From: Candidatus Undinarchaeota archaeon
GTDB taxonomy: Archaea; SpSt-1190; JASMDC01
Direction: 5' to 3'
Length of the DNA stretch: 64,000 nt
NCBI GenBank assembly: GCA_964519305.1
Contig: CAZFHY010000009.1
Location: forward strand, 1 to 64,000
The position numbers and the translations under genes were made by a program. The notes under the pieces were generated by a model, which made no database searches, was not told the DNA's origin, and was given only the letters and a program-made list of their open reading frames with translations. Positions 59,908-64,000 of this stretch are shown here, in pieces (position 1 is the stretch's first letter; every line of letters begins with the position of its first letter).

Positions 59908-60123
59908 TCAACTCACCTCGTCAACGCTGAGGATTATCTTAAGCCACCTGCAGGTGGCGTTCATTGCGGCACGAAGTGCAGTCAGATCGTCGGCCTCGAT
60001 CAATATGTCGTCACCATCGAACCGAGTTCGTGCTCGCCGCTGCTCGTTAGTTCCTAGAGGCTGCGTCAGCACCGTGCGGACGAGCTCCGGTCGTTCCGTG
60101 GTCAGGCGGGCTGTGAAGGGGAT
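59908..60123 (-). CDS. pcc1: KEOPS complex subunit Pcc1 (missed by ORF track)
   Basis: ILIEADDLTALRAAMNATCRWLKII between rpoP and pfdB. No ATG/GTG at the expected N-terminus; ATC at 60123 proposed. Confidence 0.78.
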   Translation of the reverse strand: MPFTARLTTERPELVRTVLTQPLGTNEQRRARTRFDGDDILIEADDLTALRAAMNATCRWLKIILSVDEVS

Positions 60124-60135
60124 AACAGGAGCCCC

Positions 60136-60273
60136 CTACTGGCACAGCACCGACTTGATGACCCGAGGTCGAGCCTTGGCCAGGATCTTATAGCCGCAGA
60201 ACGGGCATCTGATCCGGCGCATCTCCGAGGTCGAAGGGTCGATCGTACGCTTGCACTTGAGACAGACGAACAC
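60136..60273 (-). CDS. rpoP: DNA-directed RNA polymerase subunit P (Rpo12)
   Basis: C..C...IRCPFCGYKILAKAR. GTG start after GGAGGTGA. Confidence 0.9.
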   Translation of the reverse strand: MFVCLKCKRTIDPSTSEMRRIRCPFCGYKILAKARPRVIKSVLCQ

Positions 60274-60278
60274 CCGGT

Positions 60279-60503
60279 TCACCTCCGCCTCGTGGATGGA
60301 GCGTAAGCGCCTCCAGCGATCTTGACGCCACACTTGGTACAGGACCAGAGTCCTGCGTTGGCGCGCTTCAGCTTCGGAGCCTTGCACTGGGGGCAGACAT
60401 GGAACGCGCGGGAACTGTTCTCTACCTTCGCCACCATCCTGCGGACCCTCTTACCGTAGCGGCAGCCGAAACGGCCGGCGCTTCCTACTTTCTTTGTTGC
60501 CAT
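60279..60503 (-). CDS. rpl37ae: 50S ribosomal protein L37Ae (eL43)
   Basis: TKKVGSAGRFG.RYG, CPQC...CTKCG..IAGGAY.P. Confidence 0.95.
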   Translation of the reverse strand: MATKKVGSAGRFGCRYGKRVRRMVAKVENSSRAFHVCPQCKAPKLKRANAGLWSCTKCGVKIAGGAYAPSTRRR

Positions 60504-60530
60504 GATGATCGCCTGTTGTCGTGATGTGAA

Positions 60531-60608
60531 TGGTGGGGCCGCCGAGATTTGAACTCAGGTCACTACCACCCCAAGGTAGGAGGATAGACCAAGCTACCCT
60601 ACGGCCCC
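60531..60608 (-). tRNA. tRNA-Pro(GGG), CCA encoded, no intron
   Basis: GGGGCCGTAGGGTAGCTTGGTCTATCCTCCTACC-TTGGGGT-GGTAGTGACCTGAGTTCAAATCTCGGCGGCCCCACCA folds as a cloverleaf. Confidence 0.95.
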
Positions 60609-60642
60609 TTGATCACGTCTTGTGTGTACCCTCCACCTCCTA

Positions 60643-60840
60643 TTAGGCCCTCTTGTACCGCGCGATCTCGCTCACGAGATCGATCTGCGAGAGGAGCATG
60701 CGCCTACAGCAGTATCGCATGACGTTCAGGTCGTTGAGCACCGTTTCGGGGTGCTCACCCGCGGCTATGCGGCTCTGGTACGTATCGAAGTGCTCAGAGA
60801 CGGGTGCACCACAGGTAAAGCATCGTACGGGGATAATCAT
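60643..60840 (-). CDS. rpoN: DNA-directed RNA polymerase subunit N (Rpo10)
   Basis: MIIPVRCFTCG...RYCCRRMLLS. Confidence 0.96.
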   Translation of the reverse strand: MIIPVRCFTCGAPVSEHFDTYQSRIAAGEHPETVLNDLNVMRYCCRRMLLSQIDLVSEIARYKRA

Positions 60841-60847
60841 TGTTCGC

Positions 60848-61249
60848 TCACCGGTATGACTTCTGTCGCCTCGACCGGGGCTTGGACCGGTTGGGCTTGG
60901 ACTTCTCGGTGCGCCGGGGATCGGCCACCAGGAGATGGCGGTCGTAGGTGAGGAAGAGGCGCTTGAGCTTCTCGTCCTCGGTGAACTCCACCAATCCCTT
61001 CGCGATGGCGAGCCGCACGGCCTCTGACTGTGCGATCCGGCCGCCGCCGCTGACGTTAACACGGATGTTGACGCTCTTTACGGCCTTTCCCGCCAGGAGC
61101 AGGGGCTCACGGATGCGTTCCCGGGCAAAGGCGGGCGTGAACAGTTCCAGGGGGACGCTGTTGATCTTGATGACGCCCTTTCCCTTGGAGAGGGTGGCCC
61201 TCGCCGTGGATCTCTTCCGCTTGCCGCTCGTATGGATGATCTTGCTCAT
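60848..61249 (-). CDS. rps9: 30S ribosomal protein S9
   Basis: SGKRK, V.GGG..Q.EAVRLAIAKGL, YDRHLLVADPRR, QKSYR. Confidence 0.96.
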   Translation of the reverse strand: MSKIIHTSGKRKRSTARATLSKGKGVIKINSVPLELFTPAFARERIREPLLLAGKAVKSVNIRVNVSGGGRIAQSEAVRLAIAKGLVEFTEDEKLKRLFLTYDRHLLVADPRRTEKSKPNRSKPRSRRQKSYR

Positions 61250-61677
61250 GACTCCCACCTGTCACGTGATATACCGAGCTCCCGGGAGATGTCCCCCAGG
61301 CGCATGTACTTTCCGGTGTTTGAGGAGGCGATATTGATATCAGAGATGGTCTGGCTCTCAATGTCCTTGAGGGCCTGGGGCTTGCCGATGAACACCTTGA
61401 GGCGGTGGAAAGCATCGCGTCCGCGCTTGCGCTTGTAGGGCAGCATGCCGCGGACCGCCCTACGAAGGATGCGGTCAGGCATACGGGGGAAGTGGGGTCC
61501 GTGATAGGGATGACCCCTTGACCGGCGCTGGCGGTAGCGACTGAGTATGTGATCGCGGCTGCCTGTGATGATGGCCGACTCAGCGTTTATGATGCTGATC
61601 TTCTCGCCCTCCAGGAGCTTTTTTGCGACTTGGGCGGCCAACCGCCCCATGATGAGGTCCTTGGCATCGATGATCAT
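61246..61677 (-). CDS. rpl13: 50S ribosomal protein L13
   Basis: IIDAKDLIMGRLAA, RRAVRGMLPYK. Confidence 0.96.
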   Translation of the reverse strand: MIIDAKDLIMGRLAAQVAKKLLEGEKISIINAESAIITGSRDHILSRYRQRRSRGHPYHGPHFPRMPDRILRRAVRGMLPYKRKRGRDAFHRLKVFIGKPQALKDIESQTISDINIASSNTGKYMRLGDISRELGISRDRWES

Positions 61678-61680
61678 AGT

Positions 61681-62034
61681 CTACACCATCACCCGCACGT
61701 CGGTGCCCTTGGGGTGCTTCTTGACCATCTCCTCGATGGAGAGGGTCTTGCCCCCGGCCTTTGTGATCTTGTCCCGGGCCTTCTCGGAGAAGGTGAGAGC
61801 AGCGATGGTGAGCTTGTGGTTGAGCTCGCCGGTACTGAGCACCTTTCCCGGAACAACGATGGTCTCGCCCTTGTTGGTATGGCGGTTGAGCCGGGAGAGG
61901 TTGATGACCGGTCTTCCCCGGGTCGGCTTAGTAAGCCGCTCGGAGAGGTCCTGCCAGATAGGGGCGTCTCCCTTGGTCCCAGCCCGCTTAAGGGCGATTA
62001 TGAGCCTTCTGAGGTTATCGTCCGTCTTTTTCAT
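61681..62034 (-). CDS. rpl18e: 50S ribosomal protein L18e
   Basis: INLSRLNR, VVPGKVLSTG, FSEKARDKI..AGG. Confidence 0.95.
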   Translation of the reverse strand: MKKTDDNLRRLIIALKRAGTKGDAPIWQDLSERLTKPTRGRPVINLSRLNRHTNKGETIVVPGKVLSTGELNHKLTIAALTFSEKARDKITKAGGKTLSIEEMVKKHPKGTDVRVMV

Positions 62035-62234
62035 GGTCTCGACCCGTGAACTTGTGAAATCGCCGGTCCGAGGCGAGCATTGCCTCCCGGCTTGCCTTGC
62101 GGATTCAAAGACTAATGGTTTTATAGGTTGCGGTTAAGCGAGCCCAGTCTCCCGGGGGACGGAAGGCCAGTCCGGTCGTCGGAAGACTTCGTTCGCCATA
62201 ACCTTTTTATCGCTCCCTAGCTGAACAATGATCA

Positions 62235-62315
62235 CCCGGATGATGAGCTCGCGTTCCCGATGCCCCGGACCCGGCGGGTCCGGTCGCTGTGACGAGGATT
62301 TTGAGTTCTGACGGG
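62235..62315 (+). ncRNA. Box C/D guide sRNA, predicted target tRNA C34
   Basis: Terminal stem CCCG/CGGG. C box ATGATGA (62240-46), D' CCGA (62257-60), internal hairpin, C' GTGACGA (62289-95), D CTGA (62308-11). TTTTTAT box ~25 nt upstream. Confidence 0.8.
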
Positions 62316-62361
62316 CGCTCCTCCGCTGCCTTTTTAAATGATATACCGGCGAGTCATTTGT

Positions 62362-62985
62362 ATGATCATCGCCACCGACCTCGAGGGGATCCTCATGCCC
62401 GAGATCTGGGAGCATATCGCCATAGAGACCGGTATCGAAGCATTGAAGGTCACAACGCGGGACGAGCCCGACTTCGTGAAGCTCATGGAGCATCGCGTCA
62501 GCGTTCTTCGGGAGCATGATATCAAGCTACCTGACCTCGTCGCCATGGCGCATCAGGTGGAGCCGTTCCTCGCCACCAGAGCGTTCCTCAAATGGGCCCG
62601 GACCAAGGGCCAGATCATGATCATCTCCGATACGTTCCAGGAGTTCGCCGACCATTTCATCGACGTGGTCGGAGCATACAACCTCTTTGCCAACAGGTTC
62701 CAGTTCGCTCCCGATGGCACCATCCTCGGATGCAACCTCCGGATCCGTGGCAAGAAGGAGCGCGTTACTCAGTCACTGAAGGATATCGGTTTCTTCGTAG
62801 TGGGCATCGGGGACTCGTTCAACGACATCTCGCTGCTCAAGAGCTGCTCGTTCCCCATCCTGTACCGGACCCCCAGCGAGGTGACCAAGCAGTTCCCTAA
62901 CGCGCCGCGGGTCACGAATCTCGATGACCTCAAGAGCACCATCGAGGCCCTTCCGGACGAACCGAACGGGAACGGTTCCGCCTGA
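62362..62985 (+). CDS. thrH: Phosphoserine phosphatase/homoserine phosphotransferase
   Basis: DLEGIL.PEIW, TTRDEPDF..LM..R, ISDTF.EF, GDSFND. Confidence 0.9.
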   Translation: MIIATDLEGILMPEIWEHIAIETGIEALKVTTRDEPDFVKLMEHRVSVLREHDIKLPDLVAMAHQVEPFLATRAFLKWARTKGQIMIISDTFQEFADHFIDVVGAYNLFANRFQFAPDGTILGCNLRIRGKKERVTQSLKDIGFFVVGIGDSFNDISLLKSCSFPILYRTPSEVTKQFPNAPRVTNLDDLKSTIEALPDEPNGNGSA

Positions 62986-62989
62986 ATCT

Positions 62990-63373
62990 TCATAGGGAAA
63001 AAGGATACTCATCGGAATCACACTCGGAGTCCTCGCTCTCGACCGGTTCGTCAGGCGTGGTCGTGTACGCACCGATGAACCCTCCGACGAGATACCCAGT
63101 CAAGGAGAACGTAGGGCCAAGGACCGCAAGACCTGCGGCTGTCCCCGTGATGTCCATGCCCAGATGGACGATGGGACCCGCATCGTCGAGGTACTCGTGG
63201 TTGAGGTAATCAGTCCAAGCGTACCCGGTGAACGCGGCCAGACCAAGGCCGATATAGCCACCGATGCGAGCGCCGCCGAACCAGCCCACGCCGCCCAGGT
63301 CGTCGCTCACTTCATAACCATCAGCAGACCGAGTAGTATCATGACCATCGGTCTCCAGATCCATGTCGAACAT
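62990..63373 (-). CDS. Glycine-zipper small protein with acidic leader (family member 2)
   Basis: MFDMDLETDGH...SDDLGG, then GGARIGGYIGLGLAAF and GYLVGGFIGAY. Acidic tail. Confidence 0.72.
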   Translation of the reverse strand: MFDMDLETDGHDTTRSADGYEVSDDLGGVGWFGGARIGGYIGLGLAAFTGYAWTDYLNHEYLDDAGPIVHLGMDITGTAAGLAVLGPTFSLTGYLVGGFIGAYTTTPDEPVESEDSECDSDEYPFSL

Positions 63374-63500
63374 CATCATCACCGATTTTAGAGAGCCCTA
63401 ACTATTCGGGACGCCTAATATACCTTGACTTTGGGGGTGATAAGTAATGTCACACTGCGTGAAGTGACGATCGATACCTCTAACGCATGTTGTTATCGCA

Positions 63501-63836
63501 CTATTCCTCGGTAGCGATGAGGTATCCGGCGGTAGCACCGGCGGCAGTGCAGCCTACATAGAGCGCGATGTCAGCAGCGTCCATCGGGGGAGGCGCATAG
63601 CGCTCCTGGATCGCAGGGATCTCTCGCAGGAGCTGGGGGATTATGCCATCGCCGGGAGGGCCCGTGGGGCCCCGGGGTTCGAACGTATTGTGTACGAGCT
63701 CGGCCAGTCCGAGACCTAACAGCCCACCGGCGAGAGTACCGGTCACGGAACCTGCGTCCAGGTCATCGGTAATACCATACGTGGGAGATGCGTCGCTCTC
63801 ACTGTATCCTTCTGTCATGAGGTCCATGTCGTACAT
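63501..63836 (-). CDS. Glycine-zipper small protein with acidic leader (family member 3)
   Basis: MYDMDLMTEGY...TDDLDA, then GTLAGGLLGLGL and GCTAAGATAGYL. GAGGTG SD precedes ATG 63836. Confidence 0.72.
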   Translation of the reverse strand: MYDMDLMTEGYSESDASPTYGITDDLDAGSVTGTLAGGLLGLGLAELVHNTFEPRGPTGPPGDGIIPQLLREIPAIQERYAPPPMDAADIALYVGCTAAGATAGYLIATEE

Positions 63837-64000
63837 CGCGTCCACCTCTAGCTTCCTACAGGCGTTCGGGCATGCAGTCCCTTCTTATACCTGCTCTTGG
63901 GAGCCGTCCGTCACACCGCTTCGCACGGTCCGGGCCCGCCACGGGGCAACCCTTTTAACCCTTGCCTCCCCAGTCCCGGACAGGGATCACCATGATGCCG

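Noticed and set aside
62138-62197. Archaeal SECIS element or a tRNA-Leu upstream of rpl18e
   Set aside because: The GAA bulge lacks the opposing A, no in-frame TGA selenoprotein is seen, and there is no cloverleaf or T-loop.

Overview
GC-rich archaeal chromosomal window. Evidence: archaeal ribosomal proteins, RpoN/RpoP, PAN, prefoldin, Pcc1, TATA/BRE promoters, an archaeal tRNA-Pro and a box C/D sRNA. The surface-protein repertoire (CGDG-Cys repeats, RRGQ class III signal, helical cytoplasmic tails, DUF5752-like protein) suggests a DPANN-like lineage, but that is inference. Bases 1-26 kb and 34.5-41.4 kb encode giant surface proteins: a phage-tail-fibre-like repeat protein, a short/long paralogue pair sharing an apparently identical ~1 kb block, and a four-gene Cys/Ig operon. 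The rest is a metabolic and housekeeping mosaic: RecJ/Cdc45-like DHH protein, a stand-alone mtrA-mtrH-methanogenesis marker 14 operon, an extended form III-type RuBisCO, GH57, a divergent HPS-PHI fusion, PAN, AfpA and a ribosomal cluster. Four highlights. (1) A full bacterial-type PNPase with an archaeal promoter lies next to a ribosomal cluster from which the usual exosome genes are missing. (2) Three small glycine-zipper proteins share an acidic N-terminal leader and related promoters (candidate archaeocin/effector precursors). (3) A minimal soluble MtrA/MtrH module sits with an ASKHA-type ATPase (marker 14). (4) An unannotated C/D guide RNA is predicted to methylate tRNA C34. No CRISPR array, rRNA, integrase or transposase was seen. 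Family assignments come from motif recognition, not database searches.
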